A stretch of 64,000 nucleotides of DNA from the human T2T-CHM13v2.0 reference genome, Homo sapiens. The stretch lies in assembly GCF_009914755.1 (NCBI RefSeq), contig NC_060925.1; one strand, 5' to 3'. The position numbers and the translations under genes were made by a program. The notes under the pieces are model-generated. The model was not told the DNA's origin. It ran no database searches and worked only from the letters and a program-made list of their open reading frames with translations. This document shows, piece by piece, positions 12,248-27,683 of this stretch (within the stretch, counting starts at the first letter, position 1; each line of letters opens with the position of its first letter).

Positions 12248-14144
12248 TCAAATATAATAGAAGACACACAGTGTTTCTATTACTCAAAGAGAGCTTTTGT
12301 ACCCATGCAAATGCTATATAAGATCAAACAAATGTTTAGCAATAAAATCGTCTTTCTTGGTTGCCTACATGCATAAACATTTGGCATATCTTATTTACAT
12401 TGGGGGTGCTCTTAGGAAAATTTTTTGGTATAAAATCATTGGAAATAAAATTCGAGGCCAATGCGAAAAATCTGAAGTCTTTGTCAGTTCTCCTTTTTTA
12501 TCAGTTGGCCTGGAATCTTTTTTCCATCTCACTGGGAATTACGAGTGTGAAGGAAAACATCAAGAAACCAGAACCTGCTGCTTACTTCCTCAAAGAGTAG
12601 AAATGAGATGGTACAAAAAATGGAAACATCAGGATTACATTTGTTTCCTTTTATTATCATTTCTTTCACATCTTTTTTATACTTATCCTGCCTTAATATG
12701 TATTTTCTATTTTATTTTATTTGGAGTTTTATTTTTTTCTCATCTCAGCTATATATTTTCAAGTGATCAACCTGATCATTAACGCACCCCAGCAAATGCT
12801 TCTACCTCTGTTTTATAACTCAGTTGAATAAATGGATATGTGATTAAAAATTGATTTGCATTTTAAAAATTCCCATATCAATAAAGCAGATGGAAAACAA
12901 AGATTTTAACTAACATTTATATAATTTTTTCCTATATAATTTTGCCAATTTTTTTCTCATTCAATTGTAGAGATCTTGAGTTTCAAGAGTGCTTAGAGAT
13001 CCACTCTTTCAGAGACTTCATTTGGAGATAAGAAAATTAATTGCTATATATGATTCTGGAAGAATATCAGTCTGACTTGCATCAAACAAGTGGTTCATGG
13101 TAAGACTGGGCTGACACATGCTTTCCAAATTTTAAATTTAATGTTTTTTCCATGAAATCATGAGACATTTTAAAATTTGTGGTGTTGTTATTGTTGCTGT
13201 TGTTAGCAGGAAGTAATAAAGAATAGACAGAAGATTATTCTACTTTGGAGTTCTGCTTTTATTATTTTACTTTTATTATTATTTTACTATTATTACTAGT
13301 ATATATATATTATTACTATTACCCATATATTATTATTTATTATTTTACTCTGGAGTTAGAGGCCAAGTAGTTGCCTTTGCTGTGATTTAGATGATTCTGG
13401 CCAAGTTTTCCCTGGAATCTATTGCATGAAGAATTGATAAACTTCCTTGCAGGCAGCTCCATCTAAGAAAGCCAAAATAAAATAAATTTAGGTTTAGCCC
13501 AATCATGAACGCTTCGTCAAAACGAGGTGCAGATTTCAATTTCGCAAGGTGCATGGCCTGTAGATGAGTCTGTTCGTTCCACCTTATGGATTTATGCTTG
13601 ATTTCCTATATAAATAGAATCACTCTTTTAAAGCTTTATATGACATTGGGGGAAAATGTAAGTCTTTGGTACCATTTTACCAGAGTGTTCAATTGAAAAA
13701 TGAAAGAAATTCCTAATTGTCTACATGGTGAAGCTCTGGCAGTTTGAATCAGCACTCCAGGGGAGTGAGAGGACCCAGAAACGGCAGAACTTGGCATCAA
13801 TGTTGTTGTTACCCAGTGAGATTGCTCTGTCAGCAGGAGAAAGCAGTGCTGGCTGGGTGTGATTACATGCAGCCAAAAGAACAGTGATCCTCAATGGGAC
13901 TAGTTATAATTCAAAAGAAAAGACAAGTGGAAGAAAGTGGCTCATGCAGCGTGCAGGTTGACTGGGTTTGTAAAATCTCCTAGGACCCTTCAGAAATACT
14001 TTGGGGAAGGTAGAGATGGGGAGGAAATTCTGAAGACTGAGGCCCTGGTGTATCCAGCGTGCAAAGTTTTCACGGACATAACTTTGTATCTTCTATATAG
14101 CCACTGTTCGTTCTTATTTAGCAGCAGCAAAATATCATGAATGA

Positions 14145-14820
<676 letters not shown>

Positions 14821-15197
14821 GACAGTTACTTTTTTAATCAATATAACCAGAGTTTTTGCTGAAAATGGATGAAACAGAGAAGATAAATATATTGTACTTT
14901 GAGCTTATCCATTCTTTAAACATGCCAAATTTGCAGAAGATACCTTTACGAAGACTTTTTATCTCAATTCTTTTTTCTTTATCAATCTCTAAACCATTGA
15001 AGCTGAAATCATTTAAACGTTCTATTATATCTATCTGTACACTGACTGCTGTAAAATAACATTTTAATAAATAATTTAATAAGGAAAGTAAAAAGGAATA
15101 AAGTAGTGAAAAAGAGTAAAGAGATGCACCTGGACATTTAAAAGTATATAGTGACAGTGGCAAAAAAAAGGGCAAAATCTTTGCTTAGTTGGGAAGC

Positions 15198-15707
15198 TCT
15201 CAGTCATCTATTGCTGTGTAACAAATCACCCTGAATCTTAGCAGCTTAAAAGAACAAAGGCTTCTTACCTCATCGTGTGTGTGGGTCAGGAATGTGACAT
15301 GGCTTGGCTTGGCTTCTCTTGGCTCAGGGTCTCTCATAAGGCTTGTAATCAAGATTTTGGTCCAAGTTTCAGTCATCTCAAGATTTGAGTAGGGGAGGAT
15401 CTGCTTGCTAGCTCATTGACATGGCTGTTGGCTGGCCTCCATCCCTTGCCATATGGGCCTCTACAAAAGTCTGCTTCATGACACAGCCGCTGGTTGTCCT
15501 CACAGAGAGTTATCAAGGGTAAGCAAAAGAGAACAACCAAGATAGAAACCACCTTTTTTTTTTTTTTGTAACCTAATCTTGGAAGTGCCCCCGTCACCTC
15601 TGCTGCATTCTAGATCCAGCCTACAGTTGAAGGGAGGGTATTTCAGAAAAGCACCAATATTAGGAGATGAGGATCTTTGGGGCCTATCTTACAGGTTGCC
15701 AATCACA
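15198..15707 (-). mobile_element. MaLR LTR (MLT1F-like)
   Basis: ctattgctgtgtaacaaatcaccc...gtgggtcaggaat...ctcagggtctctcataaggc...ggggcctatcttacaggttgccaatcaca. Confidence 0.8.
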
Positions 15708-15789
15708 ATCTCTAAGATGGAAAAGCTTTGGATCAAGGGTTAAATAGTGTGTTATTATGTTTATGAAATATTATGCAGTTTGATATTTG

Positions 15790-17175
15790 GGCACCTTAAT
15801 CGTAATCTCCCTTGACACTCTCACTCTCTTTCATTGTTGAAATCACCCAGGTTCATTGGAATCATCGGTTTTGAATTCCACCATCTCTCTTCTGGGCAAT
15901 AATAATTGCCTCCTAAACGATGTATAAGCAGCTCAACTAGTAAACCCTGTTAGTTCAACATTAAAACCATCCCAGAGTGATCATTTTTTTGAAACATAAA
16001 TCAGATCATCCTCTACCTTTCAACCTTTGCGCCTATCACTCATTTAAGGACACTTTGCTGGATTCCTATTGCCTTTGAGACATTAGAATAAATATTAACA
16101 TGGCTTACACATTTTTGTGTGGCCTTGGCATAGACCTCCTTAGCCTCAGGTAACAGCAGCCTCCTGGGAGGCTCTGTTCCAGCCGAATTATATGAGTCTC
16201 TATGCTTTCCTTGAACTGCATTTCTTCTTCCAGTATTGAGGGTCTGCACATGTTATTTTCTCTGCCTGGGATGCTCTTTGTCTCCTTATCCTCAATCCAT
16301 GCCCCCAACTTCTCTACCAGTTATTATTTACATCTGTTAAGTGGAAAATTTTCCACTAATGCAGCTCTTGCCTAGGAGATCTCAAAACTAATTTAGTTTT
16401 AATCACAACTAGTTCTAACCAGTTGAAGCTCATAAAAGACCACGAACTTTTTTGTTTGTTTGTTTGTTTTGTTTTGTTTTTTAGATTGAGTTTCGCTCTG
16501 TCACCTAGGCTGAAGTGCAGTGGCATGATCTCGGCTCACTGCAGCCTCTGCCTCCCACATTCCAGCAATTCTCCTGCCTCATTCTCCCAAGTAGCTGAGA
16601 TACAGATACATGCCACCATGCCAGCATTTTTTTTTTCAGTAGAGATGGAGTTTCACCATATTGGCCAGGCTGGTCTCGAACTCCTGACTTCAGGGGATCC
16701 ACCCTACTTGGCCTCCCAAAATGCTGGGATTACAGGAGTGAGTCACCAGACCTGACCCAAAGACTATGAACTTTGAATAACCTGAGTACACCAAACATTT
16801 ACTGGACCTAAGTGAAGATTCTTTACCAATGAATAAACTATAAGATTTGTTTTATCCAACCATGTATAGACCTTGGACTCATTTAGCTTATCCAGAGAGC
16901 TCCTTTTCAATTCTTATTTAGAACATTACCAACAGTTTCCCTGTCTAGCACGTAAAAATCTGTAACTTTTCCTAGTTCCTTTTATTCTCTAGGCCTTTAC
17001 TTAAGAGCCCTCTGTTTATATAACTGTGTGATTGATATCTTTCTCTGCCACTAGACTTCAAGCTTTCAGAAAGTAGTATGTCTGTGCTTACCATGGTATC
17101 TCCCCCAACACTTAGCAACATGCCATTAAATAAATGGCCTCTCAGCACATATTTGTTGAATGAATGAATAAATAA
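15790..17175 (+). mobile_element. L2 LINE fragments (interrupted)
   Basis: cccagagtgatc...aaacataaatcagatcat; ends in tatttgttgaatgaatgaataaat, the L2 tail. Confidence 0.7.
16448..16758 (-). mobile_element. AluS
   Basis: Reverse dimer; TSD aaagaccacgaacttt (16435-16450) / aaagactatgaacttt (16759-16774). Confidence 0.92.
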
Positions 17176-18659
17176 TTTTTTATTTCATGACTTCATATTA
17201 AAAACCAGGAAAGAACATGTTATGAACTTATTTATTTCTTTTCTAGTTGTTTAGTTCTTAGGTTTTCAGGCAATGGCTGATATTTTTGACAGAATATAGA
17301 TGAATCTATCTTAATTGCTATATTAGTATGTGCTTACCAGTTGCAAAAGGAATTTAATGATTTGGAGAAAGGCTATCTGTCCTCCCCTTTCTTCTGACAT
17401 TACCAGTAATGTGCTTGGCCAGCTGTACAATACTGTCGATGTGTACAGAAATTCTTTTCTGAAAAGCACAGGTGATCATGTTACATCCTGAAGCCTGAGA
17501 TCTGATTACTCTTATTATAGTAGCCTGAAAAGTTACAAATGTCATTAGTAGTCATTAAATTACTCTGCTTGGCTTTCTAAAGGAGCTCTGGTATTTAACT
17601 CAGCAATCTCTCATGGCTGCAAAGTCTATAATTTGAACATGCATTTTCATGGGGCTGCATATATTTTGACAGAGTCTATGTTTACTGCTCTAAAAATGAC
17701 TCTCAGGAATGAACGCAGAACCTGAACCAAAGAATTCTAATAGAAATTCATGGAAATCCAAGTCTTGGAATTAAGTGTGTGTGAGTATTGGCATGCTCAA
17801 ATTGTCTTCTCCACCCCATCCACTACCCTTCTATTTCGCTGTGTTCAAGCAATTTAATTCTGCATCTAATTTTAATCTGTAAACCATATCCCTTCCTGCA
17901 GTTGTAAAGCATGTGTTAGCACTTAACCAGCAGGAGGGGGTTGCCTAAGGTAAGAGGATTGATAGCATAACCCAGTCATCTTAAAAATGGCTTTGTGGGA
18001 TTTGGCGCCACTAGCTAAGTCTTTATGTCCATGGGTCCAAGCTGGCTGTCCAGGGCTTAGGGAGACTCAGGCAGTGAACACAGAGAAATCTTTTATTCCT
18101 ACTACTTGGTGTTGATTTTTCAGGAATATTTACATGGTGAGGGGCTGTGTAAGCAGCTCAGCATATTCACAATCAGCTTTCTTAGAAGGAGCAGGAAGAA
18201 TGAGTGAACTTGAAAATGTGGTTAAAACCATTTAAAATTGTATTCGATTGTGATAGCAACGAGTAAAGTAAAAGAAATAATTTGGAAAAACACAAATATG
18301 TCTGCAACATAAATGCTACTGCTTCTAACTAGCTATAATTTATAGTATTAGAAATTAAGAAAAATCTATTTTACCTAGAAGTTATTCTGACGTGAACGTC
18401 AAGGAGAAAGTTTGATTTTAAGGTCAGTACATAGGATAAAAATCATATACAAATAAAATAACCCTTGAATGTCCTTAAAATAGTTGTAAAGTTCAAACAA
18501 TTCATTTCATTTCCACAAAACGGTAAAGAGAAAATTAAAATTATTTCCAAAATCTTTCCATATTTTTTTCTTCCTTATATTACTTTTTCAGATTTAAGTG
18601 TATTCCTTGTTTAATGTAAACAATGCAACCCATCAATGGTGACATTCTGAGGGTAAATA

Positions 18660-18871
18660 CTGTATGACATTTACTCTAAGATGTATCTTTCACATTTTAA
18701 CATCTCTGAAACTAAGATGTGTTTTATGATTCAAGGCATTTTACGATTATAACAGTGAGGATTTCTTTCTTTTCTTTCTTTCTCTTTCTCTCTTTCTTTT
18801 CTTCTTTCACTACTTCATTCAATGATGGTTTGTCTTGCCATTAATTATTTCTTAGATAGGAAGAAATATAG
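18660..18871. mobile_element. Tc2/mariner-type MITE (MER104-like)
   Basis: ctaagatg...ttcacattttaacatctctgaaa; imperfect TIRs ctgtat.../...aaatatag with TA on both sides. Confidence 0.6.
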
Positions 18872-19024
18872 TAGGTAAATTCTCATATGGTAAATATATA
18901 AGTAAAAGCTATGACTCCAGTGGAAATAAATGCCATGCTTTGTATGTAGTTTTCTGAGACACCCACAACTCAACTTTGACTCACAGCATCAGACCTAAAG
19001 CACTGGATTATATGCTTTATGAGT

Positions 19025-19150
19025 AGATTCATTCTTGACTCATTCATTCAACTAATATTTATTGAGCTCCTATTGTATGTTTGACATCGTTGTTGGTGCC
19101 AGGCTTAGAGCAGCAAACAAAGCAGGTAAATCCTCTGACTTGTAGAAATT
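19025..19150 (-). mobile_element. L2 3'-end fragment
   Basis: cattcattcaactaatatttattgagctcctat...gcagcaaacaaagcag. Confidence 0.65.
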
Positions 19151-19604
19151 TTTTTTCTATGATTAATAAGGAAAACCAGGACTTAAATCACTTGAATTGG
19201 CATGTCATGTTTCCAAATATGTAGTCTGAGGGTATAAACTTTGTTCTTGGATCACATGTTTATCATGCCCTAAATCCCAGTGACAAAGAAGTCAAGCTTA
19301 GCTATTGTTTTTAAAGGAATACACTATTCTTCTTTTCTTAGAAATAGTTATTCACTACAAGCTAAATTCTCAAAATTTGAATGTAAAGTAGATAACATAG
19401 CTTAGAGCCATCACTCTTATCAGTTCTGTGGCATCAGACATATTTTTATTATCTTGTGCTCAACTTTAGAATAGTATTTCCTTTCTCAAATGGTTCTTGT
19501 GAGGATTAAAGGAGACCATGTAGCCATATCATTGTGTGAATTAAATAAAGTAAATAATAATCCCATTTAACTTTATTTTGCATATTGATCAAAAGTGAAG
19601 AATA

Positions 19605-19905
<301 letters not shown>

Positions 19906-21109
19906 AAAAGTGAAGAACAACTTGTGTTGTATTTTTTTGAACCAATACCTAGAGTCTTTTAAAACAGTAAAGAGGCGTATGTTGTCAGCTTAAAACAAAA
20001 CAAAAAAAGGGAGAAAACTTGAAAATAAAATTTTCTCAAAAAGGCAAAATCTAGACAAAAATCAAGAGAAATTTTTAACTAAACTAAAGTTTTGTAATGA
20101 CTGGTCATGAAAGGAAATCACAAATGAAAATTAGACTCTCTCTTCTTTTCAAACTATCTGGAAAAGAAAGATTATTGATAAAAGATACCCACTTATAATA
20201 ATTCCTTTAAATATTTGAAATACATTTTAATTTTTTATACACCTTTCTTAAGATATCTTGATGCTACCATTGGGCAATGACTGCCCATTATTACTTAAAA
20301 GCACATCCTAGCATGTGAGTTATGACTTGATTCTTATTATTTTTCATTAAAAAACTGGTAAAGTTTGTAACTGATCAAGTTACAGAAATAATAATCATTA
20401 TATTATTAATGATTATGTTATGTTATGAAAAATCAAAAGCAACATTCAAAGCCAAATGAGTAGTCAATTAAACATTTTAATATTTTATGTTATGAATTCC
20501 AGTCCATGTACATGAAAAGTATACTATTAAATGGAATTTTCATCAATGAACTTTATATCATTTAACTGTCAAGCACTCAAATTCCTTCAGAGGAAATATA
20601 AAAGATAAGAGTACATAATTGACTTAATCTTTCAAACTAACTCATTGTTACTTATGCTTATTTACCTTAAAATTTTGGACCTGAGTTTATCTTCAGATTT
20701 AGAATGAGAATAAAGTTAAATAAAGCGCTTTTATAAAGCATTGTGTCATTCTCTGTGTGTGTGTTGTTTATGTTTAAATAAATGCGTGCTTTATAACATT
20801 TAATAATTTTAAATGCTGTCATCAATGCCCTGTGACTAGTAGGTATTAGAGTTCTAGCACTTTGGAGGGCTTTTAGTTCAATAAACAAATACATTTGGAA
20901 TTTAATGATAAAGATATTTTTAAAATAAAATCATTTAGTAGCTTACTATTATTAAAAAGAGTATAAGTAACACGTTTTTATCTCAGAAATGTAGAAGATA
21001 TAATGAATATGATAGAAAATGGTCAAAATTCCAGCACTAAGAGTTAAAGAAAAAAACATAACTTGTTATGTATAGCGGTATGATCATGCACAGGAATAGA
21101 GTCTACTAC

Positions 21110-21330
21110 TACTACTAAATATTTACTAAACATCAGGCACTATGCTAAAGTCATTGTATGGATTATTTCATTTATCCTGAAAGCAACAATGTTCAGGTAG
21201 GGAATATTATACAAATTATATAGTTGAACAAATTTAAGCTTAGGAAAATTAATCTCCATGATTACTCTTCTAGTAAGTTGGAATTTAACTCTCTATCTGA
21301 GTTCTGAAAAATTTATACTTAAATATAAGC
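21110..21330 (-). mobile_element. MIR
   Basis: caggcactatgctaaag...tggattatttcatttatcct. Confidence 0.6.
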
Positions 21331-22004
21331 ATGATTTTTAATTAAAATACAGTTATTATTATTTTCCATCATACATGTCATAATTCATTTTCCCGCTCCT
21401 CGTTTTTGAACATTTAGCTTGCTATTATTAAAAGTTTTAAAATAATGCTGCTTTGAATCTCTTCATACATACATACATAAATACATTTTAAAACATCACA
21501 CTTCCTAATTTCAAAAGATTTCATAAAACTATTGCAATCAAAAACAGCATCGTACTGGCCTAAAACAGACACATCAACCAAAGAAACAAGAAAGCCCAGT
21601 AATAAACCCAACTACTTATGGTCAACTGATTGTTGACAAAGGTGCCAAGAACACACAATGGGGGAAAGACAACTACTTCAACAAATGGTGTTGGGAAAAC
21701 TGGATAGCCACTTGCAGAAGAATAAAATTGGACCCTTATCTTATACCACACACTCACATCAACCCAAAATGGATAAAGGACTTGAAATATAAGACCTGAA
21801 ACTAGAACTTTTAGAAGAAAACAGAGAGAAAAATCTCCATAACATTGGTCTGAGCAACGACTTCTTGGCTATTACCCCAAAAGCAAAAACAACAAAAACA
21901 AAAATAGACAAGTGGGATGGCATTAAACTAAGTTGTTTCTGCAGAGCAAAGAAAACAATTATGAGAGTGAAGAGACACATAAGTGATATATAGATATATA
22001 ATAA

Positions 22005-22039
<35 letters not shown>

Positions 22040-22160
22040 TCTCATCCATGGACTGGAAGAGAGTATTTCCAAACTATATATCTGGTAACAGGTTAAGATC
22101 CATAACATGTAAGGCATTCCAATTTAAACAATTCAATAGCAAGAAAAGAAAAAAACCTAA

Positions 22161-22538
<378 letters not shown>

Positions 22539-23399
22539 TCAACACCTCTTATCATAAGGTAAATGCAAGTTTAAACTACATTAAGGTATCACGTCACACC
22601 TGTTAGAATGACCATTGTCAAAAAAACAAATGAGAAGTGTTGGTGAGGATGTGGAGAAAAAGAGAGCCCTTGTATACTGTTGAGGGGAATGTAAATAATT
22701 AGTATAGCCATTTTGGAAAATAGTAGAGAGGTTCCTCAAAATACTAAAAAGAGAATTACCGTATGATCCAGCAATCTCAGTTTTGGGTATATATCTGAAG
22801 GAATTGAAAATTGGTACATCAAACAGACATCGACAATCTCATGTTCACTCCAACTTTATTCCCAATAACTAAGATATGGCAGCAACTTAAGTGTTCAATA
22901 GACGAATGGATTAAAATAAATGTGGAATATATAAACAATGGAAAATTATTCATCCTTAAAAAGGAAGGAAATTCTGCTATTCCTGACAACCTATGTGAAA
23001 CTGGGGGACATTATGCTAACTGAAATAAGGGAGGCACAGAAAGATAAATACTTATGATCTTATACACATGTGGAATCTAAACAATTTAATTTCATAGAAA
23101 CAGAATAAAAATGTGGTTACTGGAGGTTGGGAGAATGGGAGAGGAATAGTGATAGGAGAGATGTTTATTAAAGTTTACAAAGCTTTACTTAGACTACAGG
23201 AATAAGTTTTAGTGATCCTATCGTATCGCATGGAGACCACAGTTAATAATAATGTGTTGTATATTTCAAAATTGCCAAAAAGAACAGATTGTTAACATTC
23301 TCACCATCAAAAAATGATAAATTCTTGAGGTGTTAGATATGTTAATTACTTTGATGTAATTTTTCTACAATATGTTTGTAGATCAAAATATCACATTGT

Positions 23400-23650
<251 letters not shown>

Positions 23651-24459
23651 AAAAATCACATTGTATCCCATAAACATATATAATTAGTATTAGTCTATTA
23701 AAAATAAATACATAGGTAAATGAGAATTCTAAAAACACAATTATTGGATAAAAGTTTACAAGCATTGTTAAATTATTGATAAAATTATTTCCATAACATT
23801 TAAATCAGATCATACTCTCATGAGCATTGTATAGTTCTGAAGGCAATGAACAGAAACCATCCTTAGCTAAATAAAATAGGACTTATTTTAAGCCATTAAA
23901 ATTATTATAGACACTGAAAACAGCCATCAAAAAAAAAAAAAAAAAAAAAAAAGCAGAGCAAAGATGGCTGGGAAAATGGTTTCTGGACCTGGAGCTTTTT
24001 GGACTAAAGATTTTTCATCCGTCTCTCAGGGAACTGCAAAAATCTCATGTCTATTTCTTGTAGCTGCTTTTCACTAGCCAACTTCCATCTTTTATTTACT
24101 TTTTTTATATATAAACAAAGAAAAATGTTAATCTATTCCAAAGCTTCATGAAATTATACATTTTGTACACACCTTCTACTCCTGAAGGATTTATGTTTAT
24201 CTTAATTCAAATTCATAAGAATGAAAATATAAAAGTTTCAGTCAAATGGATGGATTGAGTCCCTTTGGCACAGGTGTGTACTTCTGATCTAATTTGCCAT
24301 AGCTGGAAGGGTGTGTTTCCATGTTCAAAAAATAAAGTAATGGAAATGGAAAAATCAAGCCCAGAAGTTTCAGCAGAAACCAAAGACAATCCAGTATAGC
24401 ATGAGAACATTCATGTCACCATCACTAAATTTTCTTCATCAGTTAGCTTTACTAAAGAA

Positions 24460-24990
24460 ATATTACATCTCATGGTTTTAATTTGAATTTTCATAAGTGA
24501 AGCAGAATTTTACATCATGTAGGTCTCACTCATTTGCTTTACATCTGTGACCGCTCTGTTCATGTCCACTGTTCATTTGTCTCTTTAGTTGTTAATTTTT
24601 TCTTACTCTTTTTTGTATATTAAAAATGTCATATATTAAGTGTATTAATCTTTTTTCTTTCTTATTGTTCATATTCATTTTCATTTGGCTATCTGCCTTT
24701 TCATTATATGGTTATTTTTGACACGTTATAGTTTGAAGTTCAATGTAGTCAAAGTCATGCTTGTCTTTTCTTTTTGCCTCGTTTGTGTTAAAATTGAAAA
24801 TGTTCTTCATCATTTCAAGGATATTAAATTTTCAACTACGTTTATTTTAGAAAATTTTCAGAAATTACATTTAATTCATTAATATACTGAAATTAAGCTT
24901 GAGAACTTGTACGAAGTTCCAGATATTATCTTTTTCTCATTTAGCTAATATTCACAATGCTTTTCCCGCCAGAACGATCCATCTATTAAA
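24460..24990 (-). mobile_element. Very old L1 (L1M/L1ME-like) fragment
   Basis: catctcatggttttaatttgaattt...ctctgttcatgtcc; T-rich antisense ORF2-like sequence. Confidence 0.5.
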
Positions 24991-25019
24991 CATTTTATTC
25001 CAAGTGGATTAAACGGTTT

Positions 25020-26620
25020 CACAATATGATTACATTTTTAAAATCACTTTTTAAAATACTGTGAAGAAAATATTGAACAGATGGATGGCTGATGGTGGGA
25101 GTTAGGAGACCATTGGAATAGTCCAAGTAAGAGGTGTGCGTTTCTGGACTAAAGTTCAGTAGAAGTATACAGAATAATTGAAATATTAGCAAGATAAAAA
25201 GTGAACATCTTCAGGACTGTGCGATTGTATGTTTAGAAAAGGAGAGGAAGCAAGGTTCAGGAACATGAAATGAATTGAGATTTATGGCTTTGGTTTCCAA
25301 GTAGATCAAGAGTGTTATCCCTTGGGAAAAAGATGATACGTTATCTGTAGTCATGGATGGGCTTTGGTCTGTGAGAAGAGCAGAAGACAGATATGTAGCT
25401 TTGGGATGTGTAAGCTGGAGATAAAGACTTGGGTATCTGCAGCATCTGAGCAGATGTAAACATCATTCACGTGCCTGAGATTCCTTCAAAGATTGTGAGA
25501 CAAGAGAAGAGAAAAAAAGCCATAAAGTTAAGAATGGGTCTCAGAAGGATACTGGCATTGGGAGTTCAAGCAGATGAAGAGCTTCTTAAAAATAAATAAA
25601 TAAATAGGACATCACTGTAATAAAGAGAGAAATCCAAATGAGAGTAGGATCACAAAAGTGAATGGGGACTGGAGTTTAGGAAGAAGTGGTCAGCTGTGTC
25701 AGGCATCAAGGGGAGTTCGAGTAGGACAACTGGCAGAAAAGTTTGATTTGTATTTGGCAATATGGAGCTCACTGGTGATTTGGGGAAAAGCAGTGTCATT
25801 AGAATGATGTTATGCACAAGTGGGAGAGAGAAATGGTAGAAGATGCCAAATTACATATAGTTGAGGTGAAATGGGAAGTAAACAAATATAGACAGTGCTG
25901 CAGGCTACTATGTACTATTTCTAAAATCTTAGCTTTTAAAAAGAAGAAAAGAAGTGGGGTAAGTAACTTGAGGATAAAGCAAGTATAGAGAAGTTTTTCT
26001 CAAATTTCTTTTGTTTTCTATTTGAGAAGAGAGAAAACTGAACCTTGTTACATGTGAAATGGAGCCAGATGGTGAGAGAGGAGGGGGATATCACAGGGGA
26101 AGAGATGTCCCAAGCAAGGCAGGAGGCTCACGTGAGACAACTCAGGGCAGAATCCTACGCATTCATAGGCTATAAACAAGGAAGTGGAGGGAATAATCAC
26201 ATGGACTCAAGCTTCTCAATGAAAAACAGAAGTCAGTTCATCTGTTGAGAGTGGAATCGTGGAAAGGAGCAGTTGAGGAAAGAGGTAAACATTTAGGCTA
26301 AACATGAGGGAGTGGAGTAGAAGAAATGCTGGGTCAGAGTTGAGGGACTGAGGCACTTGGAGGCCCCTGAGTATGTGTATTAATGTGTCCATATGATGAT
26401 GTGATTTTATTTTTCAGCAACACTGATATTGAAAGGACAGTTGCCTTGGAGATAAGAGAATGAGAAACTAGAATGGTAAGAAGTGATAGACAGAGTGGGA
26501 TATTAGATATCGAATGTGGTAAAATATTTTAAGGTTATGATGAGGTCAAGAGCCGGGTCCCAGCAATGGGTTTCTGTAATGGGAGTTAAAGGCAAATGGG
26601 ATTTAAAAGATCAAGGAAAA
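25020..26620 (-). mobile_element. L2 LINE, degraded
   Basis: gttaggagaccattggaatagtccaagtaagaggtg; gtggtcagctgtgtca; gatttgtatttggcaatatggagctcactggtga. Confidence 0.65.
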
Positions 26621-27512
26621 GAAAGGATAATTTATTTGACCATTAAAAAAAAATGAACATTGAAGCCATCCAGGTACTCCAAACATAGACACTTGAGAAA
26701 GCATTTTATTTTGCTATATAATTATTATCATTACGAATGGTAAACTTAAAACTGCTGTGATCAAATTTAATGACAGATGTCCTATATAAAAATGCAGAGG
26801 CAAACCACTTAAGAAAAACCATGATATGCATAGGCTTTTACTTGCAAAGTCAGATGAGTAAACATGAGGCAATTAATGGGCCATGACTGTAAGTCTAACC
26901 ACGCAGTTCATGCACATAGAAAGTGGGTAAAGTTTTAAAGTGGAAATTGAATTGGGAAAATCAATCTACTATATGACTGTCATGAGTGTTCTGATAGTTA
27001 TATAGTTATGTATATATTATTTTCTTCGTATTTAGCATGTTACATAGCAAGAGGCAGAATTATATGAGCAAATCCTCACCCAGAGAAGCAGAAAGCTAAA
27101 ATTATCTGGTGTTTCTATCCCACTTTGACCAGAACATCTAACAAAAGTTGTAAAGAACACATATTTGTAAGTGTGTTATTGTCAATGGCATGGGTGCTGA
27201 GGTCCTACTTTATGTCTTTTTTTCACTCACACTACAACAGTAGGAAGGTGAGCTAACCTAGATGATGATACTGTACGTTTGATGGACAAAATAGTTTTGC
27301 CTTTTCTAAAACATGCTCTGTTTATAGCATACAAAAGATAGAGAAGCATTATTCTTGTTTAAACCAGAGTCTTTTTCATTGAAATCTCATCACATGATAT
27401 AAATTGAATAAATAAACCAGAAGATGCTGACGAATTGGAAAACTTAAAGAACAATAGTACTATTTTGAACACATCTTTCAAAGATGGAATATCTGTTGAT
27501 TGTGACAGCAAA

Positions 27513-27622
27513 AAGCGGGGCCACAGTTGCATTCATTGTTCAGTGAGCTTGTCCACACAGTTCAACCCACCGACAGCAATGAATGTTGATTGTGACCTTT
27601 TAAAAAATAATCTCTGCACAGG
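27513..27622 (-). ncRNA. MIR181B1: microRNA precursor mir-181b-1; miR-181b-5p at 27565-27587, miR-181b-3p at 27527-27547
   Basis: The minus strand reads AACAUUCAUUGCUGUCGGUGGGU (miR-181b-5p), a loop, then CUCACUGAACAAUGAAUGCAA (3p); the arms are complementary and form a hairpin. Confidence 0.99.
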
Positions 27623-27683
27623 GAAGAGAAAGTCCTGGTGTGTCCACCTTTGGTTTCCTGTCTTCAGCGAATTCTGAGCACCA

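Noticed and set aside
12297-12782. 161-aa ORF in non-repeat DNA
   Set aside because: AT-rich compositional ORF with a non-ATG start, no recognisable homology and no splice context.
23929-23952. A24 run as the tail of a processed pseudogene
   Set aside because: No TSD or recognisable upstream mRNA or SINE body.
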